The translations under genes were made by a program, and so were the position numbers. This document shows, piece by piece, positions 9,979 through 21,687 of a stretch of DNA of 64,000 nt. Within the stretch, counting starts at the first letter, position 1. Every line of letters begins with the position of its first letter. The notes beneath the pieces were generated by a model. That model ran no database searches. It saw only the letters and a program-made list of their open reading frames with translations, and was not told the origin of the DNA. Source of the DNA: Anaeromyxobacter sp. (lineage in GTDB: Bacteria > Myxococcota > Myxococcia > Myxococcales > Anaeromyxobacteraceae); assembly GCA_049840735.1 (NCBI GenBank), contig JASGJN010000013.1:512001-576000 (forward strand), written 5' to 3'.

Positions 9979-12900
9979 CTAGTTCCCACCCACCCGCGCC
10001 ATGTCGCGTGTGTTCTCCTCGAATGCCGCCAGCTCCGCCTGCTCCTGGGTCATGCCCTTGTCGCGCATCCGGGCCTGCGCCTCGAGCACGCGGCGGTAGT
10101 CGTTCGGCATCACCCGCACCAGCCGCGGGACGACGCTGGTCCACTGGTCCAGGAGCCTGCGCGCGTGCTGGCTCTCGGTCAGCGCCGCGTGCTTCTCGAT
10201 CAGCGCCCGGACCGCGGCCGCCTCCGCCGGATCCTCGATCCGCGAGAGGCTGACCATCTCCTTGTTGCAGTGGCCGGCGAACTTGCCGTCGCCGTCGAGC
10301 ACGTAGGCCACGCCGCCCGACATGCCGGCGGCGAAGTTGCGGCCGGTCGGCCCCAGCACCACCACGCGGCCGCCGGTCATGTACTCGCAGCCGTGGTCGC
10401 CCACGCCCTCCACCACGGCCTGGACGCCGGAGTTGCGGACGGCGAACCGCTCGCCGGCGACGCCGCGGATGAAGGCCTCACCGGAGGTGGCGCCGTAGAA
10501 CGCCACGTTGCCGATGATGATGTTCTCCTCCGGGACGAAGGTGGCCTCGCGCGGCGGCAGCACCACCAGCCGGCCGCCCGAGAGCCCCTTGCCCACGTAG
10601 TCGTTGGCGTCGCCCTCGAGCACCAGCGTCATGCCCTTGGGGATGAAGGCGCCGAACGACTGGCCGGCCGAGCCCTTGAAGTGGAAGCGGATGGTGTCGT
10701 CCGGCAGGCCGGCGGCGCCGTGCTTCCGCGTGACCTCGGAGCCCACCTGCGTGCCCACCACGCGGTGGATGTTGCGGATGGGCAGCGTGGCCCGGACCTG
10801 CTTGCCCTCCTCGATGGCCGGCCGCGCCAGGTCCAGCAGCGTGGTGGCGTCGAGCGAGCGATCCAGCCCGTGGTCCTGCGGGATCTGGCAGGTGCGGCCG
10901 TAGTGGCGCGGCACCGTGGGCTTGAAGAGGATGCGGCTGAAGTCGAGGTTGCGCGCCTTCCAGTGATCCACGGCGCGGCGCATCTCGATCCGCTCGGAGC
11001 GGCCGACCATCTCGTCGATGGAGCGGAAGCCCAGGGCGGCCATGTACTCGCGGACCTCCTGCGCGATGAAGCGCATGAAGTTGACCACGTGGGCCGGGTC
11101 GCCGGTGAAGCGGGCGCGGAGCTTCGGGTCCTGCGTGGCCACGCCCACCGGGCAGGTGTTGAGGTGGCAGGCCCGCATCATGATGCAGCCCAGCACCACC
11201 AGCGGCGCGGTGGCGAAGCCGAACTCCTCGGCGCCGAGCAGCGCGCCGACGATCACGTCGCGGCCGGTCTTCAGCTGGCCGTCCACCTCCACCACGATGC
11301 GCGAGCGCAGGTCGTTCATGACCAGCACCTGGTGCGTCTCGGCCAGGCCGAGCTCCCAGGGGATGCCCGCGTGCTTGATGGAGGTGAGCGGCGAGGCGCC
11401 GGTGCCGCCGTCGTGGCCGGAGATCAGCACCACGTCGGCGTGCGCCTTGGCGACGCCGGCGGCGATGGTGCCGACGCCGACCTCGGCCACCAGCTTCACC
11501 GAGACCCGCGCCTTGCTGTTGGCGTTCTTCAGGTCGTGGATGAGCTGCGCCAGGTCCTCGATGGAGTAGATGTCGTGGTGCGGAGGCGGCGAGATGAGCC
11601 CCACGCCCGGCGTGGAGTGCCGGGTCTTGGCGATCCAGGGGTAGACCTTGGAGCCGGGCAGCTGCCCGCCTTCGCCGGGCTTGGCGCCCTGGGCCATCTT
11701 GATCTGCAGCTCGCGGGCGTTGACCAGGTAGTTGCTGGTCACGCCGAAGCGGCCGGAGGCGACCTGCTTGATGGCGGAGTTCTTGGAGTCGCCGTTCGGC
11801 TCCTTGACGTAGCGCGCCGGGTCCTCGCCGCCCTCGCCGGTGTTGGACTTGCCGCCCACCCGGTTCATGGCGACGGCCAGGGCCTCGTGCGCCTCCTTGG
11901 AGATGGAGCCGTAGCTCATGGCGCCGGTCTTGAAGCGGCGCATGATCGACTCGACCGGCTCGACCTCGTCGATGGGCACCGGGTGCGCGTTGGGCACCAG
12001 GTCCATCAGGCCGCGGAGCGTGTTGAGGTTCCGCGCCTGGTTGTCCACCAGGGCCGTGTACTCCTTGAACAGCTTGTAGTCCCCGGAGCGGCAGGCGTAC
12101 TGCAGCTTGTGGATGGTCTCGGGGTTGAAGAGGTGGTGCTCGCCGCCGGCGCGGTACTTGTACTGGCCGCCCGCGGGGAGGCTGGTGTGGAAGATGGGCC
12201 GCTCGGGCGGGTAGCCGCGCTCGTTGCGGAGGCGGGCCTCCCTGGCGATCACGTCGATGCCAACGCCGCCGACGCGGGTGGCGGTCCAGGTGAAGTACTC
12301 GTCGATGAAGTCCTGGTTCAGGCCGATGGCCTCGAACACCTGGGCGCCGTGGTAGCTCTGGATCGTGCTAATCCCCATCTTGGAGATCACCTTCACGATG
12401 CCCTTGCTGACGGCCTTCACGAACTTCTTCTCGGCCGCCTCGGCCGGGCCGGGGATGAGCCCCAGGTTCACCTGATCGTGGATGGTCTCGAACGTCAGGT
12501 AGGGGTTGATGGCCGAGGCGCCGAAGCCGACCAGCAGCGCGAAGTGGTGGACCTCGCGCGGCTCACCCGACTCGAGCACCAGGCCGATGCGGGTGCGGGT
12601 GCCCTCGCGGATCAGGTGGTGGTGGACGGCCGCCACCGCCAGCAGCGAGGGGATGGGGGCGTCGCCCGCGTCGTGGCCGCGGTCGGAGAGGACGATGATG
12701 TTGGTCCCCTCGGCGATGCACTCCGAGGCCTTCCAGCGCAGGTCCTCCAGCGCGCGCCGGAGGCCGGCGCCGCCGTCGGCGGCCCTGAAGAGGATGGGCA
12801 GCGTGACCGCCTTGAGCCCCTTGGACGCGGCGCCGCCGTCCAGACCGCGGATCTTCTCCAGCTCCTCGTTGCGGAGGACCGGCGTGGGCAGGGCCAGCTG

Positions 12901-14589
12901 GCGGCAGCACTCCGGGCCGGGCTCGAGGAGGTTGCCCTCCGGGCCGACCGCGGTCTCCACCGCCATGATGATCTCCTCCCGGATCGCGTCGACCGGGGGG
13001 TTGGTCACCTGGGCGAAGAGCTGCTTGAAGTAGTTGAAGAGCGGCTGCGGGCGCTCGGAGAGGACCGCCAGCGGCGCGTCGTTGCCCATGGAGCCGTTGG
13101 GCTCCACGCCGTCGGAGGCCATGGGCGTGATGATGATCTTCACGTCCTCGGCGGTGTAGCCGAAGACCTCCTGGCGCCGGAGCACGGTCTCGTGATCGGG
13201 CTCGATCACCCGCGGCGGCTTGGGCAGCTCGTCCAGGCGCACCGTGTACCGGTCGATCCACTCGCGGTACGGGTGGGCCTTGGCGATCCGCTCCTTCAGC
13301 TCGTCGTCGTCGACGATGCGCCCCTCGACGGTGTCGACCAGGAAGATGCGGCCCGGCTGCAGGCGGCCCTTCTTGACGATCCGCTCGGGCGGCAGGTCCA
13401 CCACGCCGACCTCGGAGGCCATCACCACCAGGTCGTCGGCGGTGACGTAGTAGCGCGAGGGGCGCAGGCCGTTGCGGTCGAGCAGGGCGCCCACGCGCAG
13501 GCCGTCGGTGAAGGCGATGGACGCCGGGCCGTCCCAGGGCTCCATGATGCAGGAGTGGAACTCGTAGAACGCCTTCTTGCTGGCGCTCATCGACTCGTGC
13601 CGGGTCCAGGGCTCCGGCACCATCATCATCATGGCGTGCGGGAGCTCGCGGCCGGAGAGCGTCAAGAGCTCCAGCACGTTGTCGAACATGGCCGAGTCGG
13701 AGCCCTCGGTGTCGATGACGGTGAGGATCTTCTGCAGGTCCTCGCCGAACAGCGACGACTTCATCATCGACTGGCGCGCGTGCATCCAGTTGATGTTGCC
13801 CCGCAGCGTGTTGATCTCGCCGTTGTGCGAGATGTAGCGGTACGGGTGGGCGCGCGACCAGGACGGGAAGGTGTTGGTCGAGAACCGGGAGTGCACCATC
13901 CCGATGGCCGACACGACCTCGGGGTTCGAGAGGTCGAGGTAGAAGTCCTTCAGCTGCCCGGCGTTGAGCATCCCCTTGTAGACGACGGTCTTGAAGGAGA
14001 GGCTGGGCACGTAGAAGTGCGTGCGGCCCGGGATGGCGGAGCGGGAGACCTTCTTCTCCACCAGGCGCCGGATGACGTAGAGCTTCCGCTCGAAGTTCAT
14101 CGAGTCGGCGCAGTTCTCGCCGCGGGCGATGAAGACCTGGCGGATGACCGGCTGGCTGCCCTGGGCGGTCGGGCCCAGGCTGGCGTTGTCGGTCGGGACG
14201 TCGCGCCAGCCGATGACCGACTGGCCCTCGTCCTTCACCACGTCCTCGAAGATGCGGGTGCAGGCGTCGCGCCCGGCCGCGTTCGGGGGCAGGAAGACCA
14301 TGCCGGCCGCGTAGTGGCCGGGCTTGGGCAGCGTGAAGCCGAGCTTGGCGGCTTCGCCCGCCAGGAACGCGTGGGGCGTCTGGATCAGGATGCCGGCGCC
14401 GTCACCGGTGTTCTTCTCGGCGCCCACGGCCCCGCGGTGCTCGAGGTTCATGAGCACCGTCAGCGCCTTCTCGACGATGTCGTGGGAAGCTCGGCCCTTG
14501 ATGTCGACTACGAAGCCGAAGCCGCAAGCGTCCTTCTCGTTCTGCGGATCGTACAGCCCCTGCCGCGCGGGATAGCCGGTCTCGCTCAT
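9979..14589 (-). CDS. gltB: glutamate synthase large subunit
   Basis: [61 protein letters not shown]; start MSETGYP. Confidence 0.97.
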   Translation of the reverse strand: MSETGYPARQGLYDPQNEKDACGFGFVVDIKGRASHDIVEKALTVLMNLEHRGAVGAEKNTGDGAGILIQTPHAFLAGEAAKLGFTLPKPGHYAAGMVFLPPNAAGRDACTRIFEDVVKDEGQSVIGWRDVPTDNASLGPTAQGSQPVIRQVFIARGENCADSMNFERKLYVIRRLVEKKVSRSAIPGRTHFYVPSLSFKTVVYKGMLNAGQLKDFYLDLSNPEVVSAIGMVHSRFSTNTFPSWSRAHPYRYISHNGEINTLRGNINWMHARQSMMKSSLFGEDLQKILTVIDTEGSDSAMFDNVLELLTLSGRELPHAMMMMVPEPWTRHESMSASKKAFYEFHSCIMEPWDGPASIAFTDGLRVGALLDRNGLRPSRYYVTADDLVVMASEVGVVDLPPERIVKKGRLQPGRIFLVDTVEGRIVDDDELKERIAKAHPYREWIDRYTVRLDELPKPPRVIEPDHETVLRRQEVFGYTAEDVKIIITPMASDGVEPNGSMGNDAPLAVLSERPQPLFNYFKQLFAQVTNPPVDAIREEIIMAVETAVGPEGNLLEPGPECCRQLALPTPVLRNEELEKIRGLDGGAASKGLKAVTLPILFRAADGGAGLRRALEDLRWKASECIAEGTNIIVLSDRGHDAGDAPIPSLLAVAAVHHHLIREGTRTRIGLVLESGEPREVHHFALLVGFGASAINPYLTFETIHDQVNLGLIPGPAEAAEKKFVKAVSKGIVKVISKMGISTIQSYHGAQVFEAIGLNQDFIDEYFTWTATRVGGVGIDVIAREARLRNERGYPPERPIFHTSLPAGGQYKYRAGGEHHLFNPETIHKLQYACRSGDYKLFKEYTALVDNQARNLNTLRGLMDLVPNAHPVPIDEVEPVESIMRRFKTGAMSYGSISKEAHEALAVAMNRVGGKSNTGEGGEDPARYVKEPNGDSKNSAIKQVASGRFGVTSNYLVNARELQIKMAQGAKPGEGGQLPGSKVYPWIAKTRHSTPGVGLISPPPHHDIYSIEDLAQLIHDLKNANSKARVSVKLVAEVGVGTIAAGVAKAHADVVLISGHDGGTGASPLTSIKHAGIPWELGLAETHQVLVMNDLRSRIVVEVDGQLKTGRDVIVGALLGAEEFGFATAPLVVLGCIMMRACHLNTCPVGVATQDPKLRARFTGDPAHVVNFMRFIAQEVREYMAALGFRSIDEMVGRSERIEMRRAVDHWKARNLDFSRILFKPTVPRHYGRTCQIPQDHGLDRSLDATTLLDLARPAIEEGKQVRATLPIRNIHRVVGTQVGSEVTRKHGAAGLPDDTIRFHFKGSAGQSFGAFIPKGMTLVLEGDANDYVGKGLSGGRLVVLPPREATFVPEENIIIGNVAFYGATSGEAFIRGVAGERFAVRNSGVQAVVEGVGDHGCEYMTGGRVVVLGPTGRNFAAGMSGGVAYVLDGDGKFAGHCNKEMVSLSRIEDPAEAAAVRALIEKHAALTESQHARRLLDQWTSVVPRLVRVMPNDYRRVLEAQARMRDKGMTQEQAELAAFEENTRDMARVGGN

Positions 14590-14928
14590 CTGTCCCTTCG
14601 TCCGTCGGGAAAGTTGCCAGTCTGTGGGATCGCGACCGGAACCGTCAAGGGCGTGTGCTGCCCTGCGACACCGGGCGCGCCACGGGCCCGCCGGATCCAC
14701 TCCTCCACCCGCTTTGACGCCGCGCCGCCGCCAGCGCAAGGCGATCGCCGACCGCGCGCTGGCGCGCACGACCCGGCGTGGGTCCCCGCGCCGCGCCAGG
14801 CCGCACGGGAGCGCTGGCGCGCAGCAAAGCGGGCCGCCCGCCTCCCTCCACCGCAACCGCCGGACCGGTCGCGTGTTGGAGGGAGCGAGGGCCGGAAGCC
14901 ACCCATCCCCAGGCCCGGGAGGAACACG

Positions 14929-16125
14929 ATGCGCCACCTGACCCTGATCTGCGCGGCCGCCGCCGCCCTCGTCCTCGCCGCCTGCGGCCAGGAGGACACC
15001 AGCAACCCCGCCGACAACGTCCCGGACGCGCCCGCGCTCACGCTCGAGCTGGCGGGCGGCGCCGCCGAGGGGCTCCTGGAGGCCGGCGCGCCGGCCCTGC
15101 TCGCCACCACGCCCGACGTGAACGACGAGCTGGCCGACGCCCGTGAGAAGCTCGCCGCGGTCAACACCGCCGTCCGCTCGCTCTTCGCCCAGGTGGCGGC
15201 GGTCGTGGCCACCGAGGGCGCGCCGGCGCCGGGCCAGGTCACCGTCTACGGGCCGGTCACGCGCTGCGTGGTCGAGGGCGCCTGCGACGCCGGGGGCTCG
15301 GCCAGCTTCAAGCTGACGGTGGCCCGCGCCTTCGGCCGGACCTGGGCCTTCACCCTCACCGCGCAGGTCGGCGACGAGTGGAAGCCGGTGGCCGCCGGCT
15401 GGATGCATCGGGGCGCCGTGGTGCGCCGGGGCGCCGGCCGCGTGGCGCTGAACCTCGAGAACCTCCGCGCCGCCGCGCCGGCCTACACCGGACAGGGCTA
15501 CCTGCTCGGCGCGTTCTCCAGCGGACCGGTGGCCAAGCACCTGCACTACCGCCTGGTGGACTTCACGCCCGACCCGGCGCGCTGGCCGGCCGCCACCGCC
15601 GCCTTCCGCGGCTACAAGACCGAGGCCGGCACCACCCGCGTCCGCGTGGCCGGGGTGAAGGATCTCGTCGGCGGTGAGGACACGGAGCTCGGCATCGCCC
15701 GCGTGGCCTACAACCCGGCGCTGGGCGGCCGCGCCTTCTCCGTGGTGACCAACTACACCGTCGATGGCGTGGCCCACGGCGACGTGCCGGCGGGCGACCA
15801 GGGCCAGGCGCAGTACTGGTTCGGCCGCGCCTGCTATGCGCCCGGCCAGACCACCCCCGCGTTCAAGGAGTGGTTCCTGTGCGACCGCAGCGTGGGCCCC
15901 GCGGCCTGCGTCCTGGCGCAGGGCGGGGTGGGCACGCCGGCGGCCGGCGCCGACGGCGCCACCTGGCAGGACACCTGCGCGCTGCAGACCGAGCCCGCCG
16001 AGTTCGCGCCGCCGGCGGGCGCGCCGGTGGCGGATCCGACCGACGGCTCCGCCGAGGCCGGCGACACCACCGACCCCGGCACGCCGCCCGCCTCGCCCGA
16101 CGACGTGACGCCGCCCGCGGAGTAG
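14929..16125 (+). CDS. hypothetical lipoprotein
   Basis: GGAGGA RBS, LVLAAC lipobox, several Cys, Pro/Asp-rich tail; real 3' part of ORF 8512..16125. Confidence 0.75.
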   Translation: MRHLTLICAAAAALVLAACGQEDTSNPADNVPDAPALTLELAGGAAEGLLEAGAPALLATTPDVNDELADAREKLAAVNTAVRSLFAQVAAVVATEGAPAPGQVTVYGPVTRCVVEGACDAGGSASFKLTVARAFGRTWAFTLTAQVGDEWKPVAAGWMHRGAVVRRGAGRVALNLENLRAAAPAYTGQGYLLGAFSSGPVAKHLHYRLVDFTPDPARWPAATAAFRGYKTEAGTTRVRVAGVKDLVGGEDTELGIARVAYNPALGGRAFSVVTNYTVDGVAHGDVPAGDQGQAQYWFGRACYAPGQTTPAFKEWFLCDRSVGPAACVLAQGGVGTPAAGADGATWQDTCALQTEPAEFAPPAGAPVADPTDGSAEAGDTTDPGTPPASPDDVTPPAE

Positions 16126-16142
16126 CCACGGGCAGTGTTCGC

Positions 16143-16177
16143 TCCGCTCGCCCTGAGCTTGTCGAAGGGCGAGCGGA
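16143..16177. repeat. REP-like hairpin, possibly a bidirectional terminator
   Basis: TCCGCTCGCCCT-GAGCTTGTCGA-AGGGCGAGCGGA, 12-bp arms; shares the CTGAGC..GTCGAAGG core with 8449-8468. Confidence 0.55.
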
Positions 16178-16238
16178 CCGGGGAAGGTCATGCAGACCAG
16201 CGGCTGGGCGCCCCTTCCAGGCGCCCGGCCGCCCTGCT

Positions 16239-17132
16239 TCAGCGCTCCGCAGGAGCGCCCGCGCCCTTGGCGGCCTTCGCCCCCTTCTTCCCTTCCTCCA
16301 CCGGCTTCAGCAGCACCCCGCGCTCCTGCGCGCTGGCGGGGTAGCGCGCCGCCACCCGCGGCGTCACGTCGGCCTCGGCCAGAACAGGGGAGGCCTGCTC
16401 GGCCGGCTTCGCGTCCCCCGCCTGCGCGCCGTCCCCGCCGCTCCCCTGCCCCTGCGAGGCTTCGCCTTGCTGCGGTGCGCCAGCGCCCTGCCCCTGCGAC
16501 GCCGCCCCCTGCGGCTGCGCGGCCGCGACGGCTCCCGGCGCAGCGCCCTCCTTCGGCGCCTCGCCCTGCTGCTGCGACGCCTGCGCCACCGCGGTCGGGG
16601 TCTCCAGCGGCACGTACGCCAGCTCCACCGCGGTGGTGCCCTCCGGCACGTTGCGGGCGAGCACGAAGGCGTCGCCCTGGTCGCTCGCCAGCACGCGCTC
16701 CAGCAGGTGGAGTCCGTCCGGGCTGCGGGCCACCAGCCCGTACTGCTTGCCGGAGGGCGCCGTGCCCAGGCCATAGAGGTGGACGCGCACCGCCTTCTGC
16801 GCCGGGTTGGCGATCACCACCCCGCTCTCGGTCGCGTCCGGGGTCGCCGCGTAGAGGACGGAGGTGGCCTGCCCGGCCGTGGACAGCACGTCCTCGTTGG
16901 CACGCGCCTTCACCAGCAGCTGGTCCCGCTGCTGGATCGTCTTCTCGTACTCCTGCAGCTGCCCCTGGGCTTGCTTGAGCTGGATGGCGACCGCGTCCGC
17001 GGCGGTGACCTTCTCCATCCCCCACCAGATGGCGGCGCCGATCAGGAAGATGACCGGCACCACCAGGAGCCACCACAGCTTGCTCGGTCCGGAGCGGTCG
17101 AGCACGCTCCCGAACTGGATGTCGGATGCCAT
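16239..17132 (-). CDS. bitopic membrane protein with coiled coil and RskA-like (anti-sigma) C-terminal domain
   Basis: One TM helix, coiled coil, [13 protein letters not shown] similar to the RskA L..PP.GK.YQLW motif, Q/A/G-rich insert. Confidence 0.5.
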   Translation of the reverse strand: MASDIQFGSVLDRSGPSKLWWLLVVPVIFLIGAAIWWGMEKVTAADAVAIQLKQAQGQLQEYEKTIQQRDQLLVKARANEDVLSTAGQATSVLYAATPDATESGVVIANPAQKAVRVHLYGLGTAPSGKQYGLVARSPDGLHLLERVLASDQGDAFVLARNVPEGTTAVELAYVPLETPTAVAQASQQQGEAPKEGAAPGAVAAAQPQGAASQGQGAGAPQQGEASQGQGSGGDGAQAGDAKPAEQASPVLAEADVTPRVAARYPASAQERGVLLKPVEEGKKGAKAAKGAGAPAER

Positions 17133-17367
17133 GACGAAAAGGTAGGTGCCCTGGGAAGCAGCGGCGCGGGGCCACCCTGCTCACGCCCGGTGGGCGGGCG
17201 GCCCAGGGGGCCGTCCTTGCTTGCGTGGGCTCGGTACCCCACGAGGTCACCCTGTGAGCACCGGCACGCTTGCCGATGGCGCACCCGGTGCAGGTCGAAC
17301 CTGCGGCGGCATCGCACCGCCCTTCACGCCGAGCGTGGCGAGCTACTCGCCTTCCAGTCCTCGTCGG

Positions 17368-17667
17368 CTACAGGTTCGGGCCCCGTCCTCGCGGAGCACC
17401 CCACACCGCCAGCACGACGACGCGGCCTTGGTCCTCGTCCACCTCGAAATAGACGTGGTTCCGCGTCTTGGGCATGAGCACGCGCTTCGCGGTTCGGCCG
17501 CTGCTGGTGGTGTACGTCACGCCGACGTTGGGGTTGGCGGCGATCAGGTCCCCGACCTGGGCAAGCTCTCTGGCGAAGAGGTCGGCGACGCCGGGACGGC
17601 GTTCCCGCCACCAGGCGTCCATCTCGCTGGCCTGGCGGTCGGCCTCCGGCGTGAAGAGAAGCTTCAC
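17368..17667 (-). CDS. type II toxin, RelE/ParE family
   Basis: 99 aa, LLFTPEADRQ..WW..NPNVG..HVYFEV..VVVLAVWG; overlaps upstream antitoxin by 4 bp. Confidence 0.8.
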   Translation of the reverse strand: MKLLFTPEADRQASEMDAWWRERRPGVADLFARELAQVGDLIAANPNVGVTYTTSSGRTAKRVLMPKTRNHVYFEVDEDQGRVVVLAVWGAPRGRGPNL

Positions 17668-17888
17668 CGCCGAGCGAGGAGCTTCCTGATGACCGCGTCC
17701 CCGTCCACGAACTGACCCGCCTTCCCCTGGGCCATGCTGCGCTCCAGCGCGGCGTCGAGCCGGGCGCGCTCCACGGGGTCGAAATCGTCGTCGGACGTGA
17801 CGAGCTCGACCTCGCTGCCCTCCGGCAGGTCGGTGGGCTCGTCGAGAACAAGCCGTCCACCCCTGACATGTGCCTTGAGCGCCCGCAT
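17664..17888 (-). CDS. putative antitoxin
   Basis: 74 aa, KAHVRGGRLVLDEPTDLPEGSEVEL beta-rich N-terminus, acidic middle; coupled to the toxin gene. Confidence 0.7.
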   Translation of the reverse strand: MRALKAHVRGGRLVLDEPTDLPEGSEVELVTSDDDFDPVERARLDAALERSMAQGKAGQFVDGDAVIRKLLARR

Positions 17889-18107
17889 GGTGCCCCCATT
17901 CTAGTCCGCCGTGCTCGCGCCTGCCACCGGTCCCGGGCAGGGTTGGTCAGCCGCCCTCACCGTCCTCGTCGGCCTCCTCGTCCAGCGCGAGCACGTGGGC
18001 CGGGACCAGCCGACCAGCCCGACCCAGAGGTCCGCCGCGCGCGGGCCATTGGTACGCGCCGCGGACCATCGACGGAGCCGGACCACTCGCTGGCCTGCGT
18101 TTCAGGC

Positions 18108-18122
18108 TGGCACGCGCCCTGC
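18108..18122 (+). promoter_or_regulatory. candidate sigma54 -24/-12 promoter
   Basis: TGGCACG-CGCC-CTGC (GG-N10-GC) immediately upstream of the RAYT-like gene. Confidence 0.45.
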
Positions 18123-18135
18123 CATGCCGGCCGTC

Positions 18136-18751
18136 GTGAGCCCTCCTCGACGCATCGTCGCCGGCACCTCCTACCTGGTCTCCCGGCGCTGCACGCAGCG
18201 GGAGTTCCTCCTCCGGCCCTCCAAGCTCTCGGACCTCATCGTCCCGTTCGTGCTCGCCGTGGCCGCGACCCGCTACGGCATCCTCGTCCACGCGGTCTGC
18301 GTGATGAGCAACCACCTGCATATCGTCCTCACCGACCCCAAGGGCAACCTGCCCGAGTTCAGCCACCTCTTCTTTCGGCGTGGTCGCCAAGGCGCTCAAC
18401 GCGCTCCACGGCCGCTGGGAGAACTTCTGGGCCCCAGACAGCTACAGCGCCGTCGAGCTCGTCTCACCGGACGACGTGGTCGAGAAGATCGCCTACACGC
18501 TCGCCAACCCCGCAGCCGCCGCCGACCTGGTCGAGCACGGCCGCGAGTGGCCCGGCATCTGGACCGCCCCGCGCGACATCGGCGGTCCCGCCAAGCCCGT
18601 GAAGCGCCCTGGCCATTACTTCGTCGAGGAGGGCGCCATGCCGGAGGCCGCGGAGCTGGTGTTCACCGTGCCCGCTGGCTTCGCGTCCGCCGACGACTTC
18701 CGGGCGCGCGTGACCACCCGCGTGCGGGAGCTCGAGGAGGCCGCGGCGTAA
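18136..18751 (+). pseudogene. REP-associated tyrosine transposase-like (IS200/Y1 HUH), frameshifted near 18375, possibly 3'-truncated
   Basis: YLVSRRC, VCVMSNHLH (HUH motif), then FWAPDSY..YTLANP.AADLV..EWPG in the next frame; alternative start at 18124. Confidence 0.75.
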
Positions 18752-18822
18752 CCGGCCGAGGAGAGACGTCTTGACCGAGTCTGTTGCTCTCGTGCGGGGC
18801 GCGACGGTACCCTTTCCTCACC

Positions 18823-19338
18823 ATGTCTGCCTTTCGGGACGAGCCCGGCGAGTACGAGCGCCTCGATTTCAGGCTGCTTCAGAATGGGCCGGTCGTGATG
18901 TACTTCGACCACAGCATCCTTGAGGCCGACATCAAGTGGCTACGGGAGAACGCTTACAGGGTCGATCTCTGCGGCGCGTGCGAGTGGAACACGCCGGACG
19001 GCGCGGTTGCGGCCATTGCCCGGCTACTCGAGTTTCCAGAGTACTTCGGAGGCAACCTCGCCGCTCTTGCCGACTGTCTCGGTGACATACCAGTGGCCGA
19101 CGGCTCAGGGCGCGCGGTCGTTTTCGAGGGATACGATAGAGCTGTGGCGCGCTTGGGCCCGTTCGCATCGGGTCTGCTCGACGTCTTTGCGACAGCGAGC
19201 CGGCGCCACCTTCTTCACGGGCGAAGGCTGATCCTGCTTGTCCAGTCGGATGATCCCCGGCTTTCCCTGGAGCCAGTGGGCGCGTGTCCAGTCTTCTGGA
19301 ATCCTCGCGAATGGCTCAACAAGTCGCGGGGCGTATAG
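18823..19338 (+). CDS. barstar-family (RNase inhibitor-like) protein
   Basis: LEFPEYFGGNLAALADCLGD barstar motif; codon usage less GC-biased than the core genes. Confidence 0.75.
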   Translation: MSAFRDEPGEYERLDFRLLQNGPVVMYFDHSILEADIKWLRENAYRVDLCGACEWNTPDGAVAAIARLLEFPEYFGGNLAALADCLGDIPVADGSGRAVVFEGYDRAVARLGPFASGLLDVFATASRRHLLHGRRLILLVQSDDPRLSLEPVGACPVFWNPREWLNKSRGV

Positions 19339-19341
19339 TGC

Positions 19342-20921
19342 CTAAGACGTGTCAGCCAGTCTCGTCGGCGCCCAGTTGTGCGGCAGCAGTTCGTCAATCT
19401 GGGACGCGGGCTGCGTCTGGACGCGGAGCAAGACGTCGACGAGGTAGGTGACCGGGTTGATGCCGTTCACCTCGCAGGTCGCGATGAGCGAGTAGAGGCC
19501 TGCGAGGTTCTCGCCAGCCTCGTCGCTTCCCACGAACAGGAAGTTCTTCCGGCCGAGGGCGGCGACGCGGAGCGCACGCTCTGACGCGTTGTTGTCGATG
19601 GGCAGGTGCGGGTCGGTGAGGAACAGCGTGAGCGCGTCCCAGTTGCCGAGCGCGTAGCTGATCGCCTCGCCGAGCGGTCCGCGCGGCGGATGTCGTCCGT
19701 GCTCCGCTAGTAGCCAGGCCTTGAACTCGTCCATCACGGCCTTGCTCTCGGTCTGCCGGATCTCGAGGTGGTCGGGCGTGCCAAGGAGGTCGCCGTCGAG
19801 CACGGCCCGCTCGATCCGGTACACGTCCAGGATGAAGTCCATCGCCTTCTTGGCGAGTTACCGGGCGCGGTTGGAAACTGGGCGTCAAAGAAGCGGCGCC
19901 GGAGGTGGGCGAGGCAGCCGGCGCGCTCGCGTCGGCCGGGCGCTGTGATCCGGTTGTAACCCGAGTACGCGTCAGCGACGAGCTTGCCTCGCGTCTCTCC
20001 GAGCACCTCGACCGGCGTGTCGCCCGAGCGGCTGTTTGGTGAAGACGTAAGCGATCAGCTCCCGCTCGACCTCGTCGCGGCCGGTGAAGCTCCAGAGCCA
20101 GGCCGTCCGCGTCTTCCCCTTGTCCTGCGGGCGCTGGGTGGTTTCGTCCGCGAGGACGATCTCCTTGCCCGGCGATGAGCTTGAGCAGGCGTTCGTAGAG
20201 CGGCTCGACCCAACTCGGCCGTGCGATCGGAAGAGATCGGCCGAGCGTGGAGTCGTTCACCTGGACGCCGGCGCGGCGGTAGGCCTTCGCCTGCCGGTAC
20301 AGCGGAAGCGAGTCGGCGCACTTCGACACGGCCACCTCGGCCATGAAGTTCGGTCCGAAGCGGGCCTTGTCGAAGACCCTCGTCGGCGACGGTGCGGTGA
20401 TGATGGCCTCGCCGCACCTGCACCGCAGCTTCTCCTGAACGTGGAGCCGACGCTCGACCCTCGCCGGGACCAGCTCGTACTCCTCCGTGACCTTGCCGTC
20501 GCCCAGCTTCGTGAACTCGTGTCCCGCCCGCACTTCGGGCAGACCTTCTGCTCCTCCGGGACCGGGTGCTCGATGCGCGTCGTGACGAGCTGGCGCTTCT
20601 TCTCTGGCGTTCTCGCGACGAAGCCGCTGGGCCGCGATCCGCTCCGCGGTGGCACGCTCCGGGTCACGAATCGCGTCCGCGACGCGCGGCATCTTCTCCG
20701 ACCGCTTCCCGAAGACGTGCCGCTGGAGCTTCTCGACGGTGGCCTGGATCCGGGTAATCTGCTCAGCCTGGTTGGCGGAGCGCCTCGTCCTTGAGCCGGA
20801 TCTCCTCGCGCTGCGTTGCGATGATCTTTTCGGCGGCATCGACTGCGCGGGCCGCGTACCCGAGATCGCTCTCGAGCCGCTCTGCCTTCTCGCGCCACTC
20901 GCACCGATGATCGTCGCCCAT
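19342..20921 (-). pseudogene. tnpC: IS66 transposase TnpC with multiple frameshifts
   Basis: FGKRSEK, CPKCG, KCADSLPLYRQ, ADAYSGYN, CLAHLRRRF, IDNNASERALRVAALGRKNFLF spread over several frames. Confidence 0.85.
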
Positions 20922-20935
20922 CGCCGAGCATACGA

Positions 20936-21300
20936 TCACGGTGCAATGGGCTTGTCCATGGGACGAGCCCGGGCAGGATCCATCTGGGATGGGGGCTTCC
21001 AGTGCTCCTGCCGCCGAACCCGGCCGTACTCGATCCCGTCGAGCAGCATCGCGAGCTGCGTCGCGTCGATCTCGACGGACATGGCGCTCGGGTTCATGTG
21101 CGGCAGCCGGAACTGCCCGCGCTCGAGGCGCTTGCAGTAGAGGACGAAGCCGCCCTGGTCGAAGGTGAGGATCTTCACCCGGTCGCACCGGCGGGACACG
21201 AAGACGAAGAGGTGGCCGGAGTAGGCGTCCTCCTGCAATTCGTCCCGCACGATGGCCATGAGCCCGTCGATCGACTTCCTCATGTCGATGGGGGCCGAGC
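20936..21300 (-). pseudogene. tnpB: IS66 accessory protein TnpB, N-terminus missing
   Basis: ..PIDMRKSIDGL..LFVFVSRRCDRVKIL..KRLERGQF. Confidence 0.85.
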
Positions 21301-21360
21301 GTACCCGTACGGTGAACCACGTTCCTGACGGTCGGCGGAGCCGGTGGTACTCGACCGGCC

Positions 21361-21687
21361 ATGGCGCGTGAGGGGCGAGAGGTCTGGGCGAAGCGGGTGG
21401 AGCGGTGGGTGGACAGCGGGCTGTCGGCGAAGGAGTTCGCGGCGGAGACGGGGGTCAACGCGAACACGCTCGCCCACTGGCGCTGGCGGCTGGGCGCGGA
21501 CGCCCGTCGGGCGCCGGCCAAGGAGGCGGCGCCGGTGCGGTTCGTCGAGCTCGCGGCGGCGCCTGACGCCGCCGCTCCCGCGTTCGAGCTGGTGCTCTCT
21601 GGCGGCCGCACGGTGCGCGTGCCGCCGCGCTTCGACGGTGCCGAGCTCGCGCGGCTGGTCCGGGTGCTCGAGGGGGCACTGTCGTGA
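21361..21687 (+). CDS. tnpA: IS66 TnpA (HTH)
   Basis: WAKRVERWVDSGLSAKEFA..TLAHWRWRL. Confidence 0.85.
   Translation: MAREGREVWAKRVERWVDSGLSAKEFAAETGVNANTLAHWRWRLGADARRAPAKEAAPVRFVELAAAPDAAAPAFELVLSGGRTVRVPPRFDGAELARLVRVLEGALS

Larger units (their letters stand above)
19342..21300 (-). mobile_element. IS66-family element 1, 5'-truncated (no tnpA or left end)
   Basis: Contains tnpB and tnpC homologs; cut at 21300 by the second IS66. Confidence 0.85.

Noticed and set aside
8512..14928. N-terminal ~2,140 aa of the 2537-aa plus-strand ORF
   Set aside because: Antisense shadow of gltD/gltB in high-GC DNA; only 14929-16125 has an RBS, lipobox and protein-like composition.
14590..17250. Apparent ~890-aa N-terminal extension of GltB
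   Set aside because: Arg/Gly-rich stop-free frame overlapping two real genes; the GltB start with RBS is at 14589.
17947..18030. Possible 3' gene remnant (..VPAHVLALDEEADEDGEGG*) on the minus strand
   Set aside because: Too short to assign, and the rest of the ORF is antisense to the RAYT-like gene.
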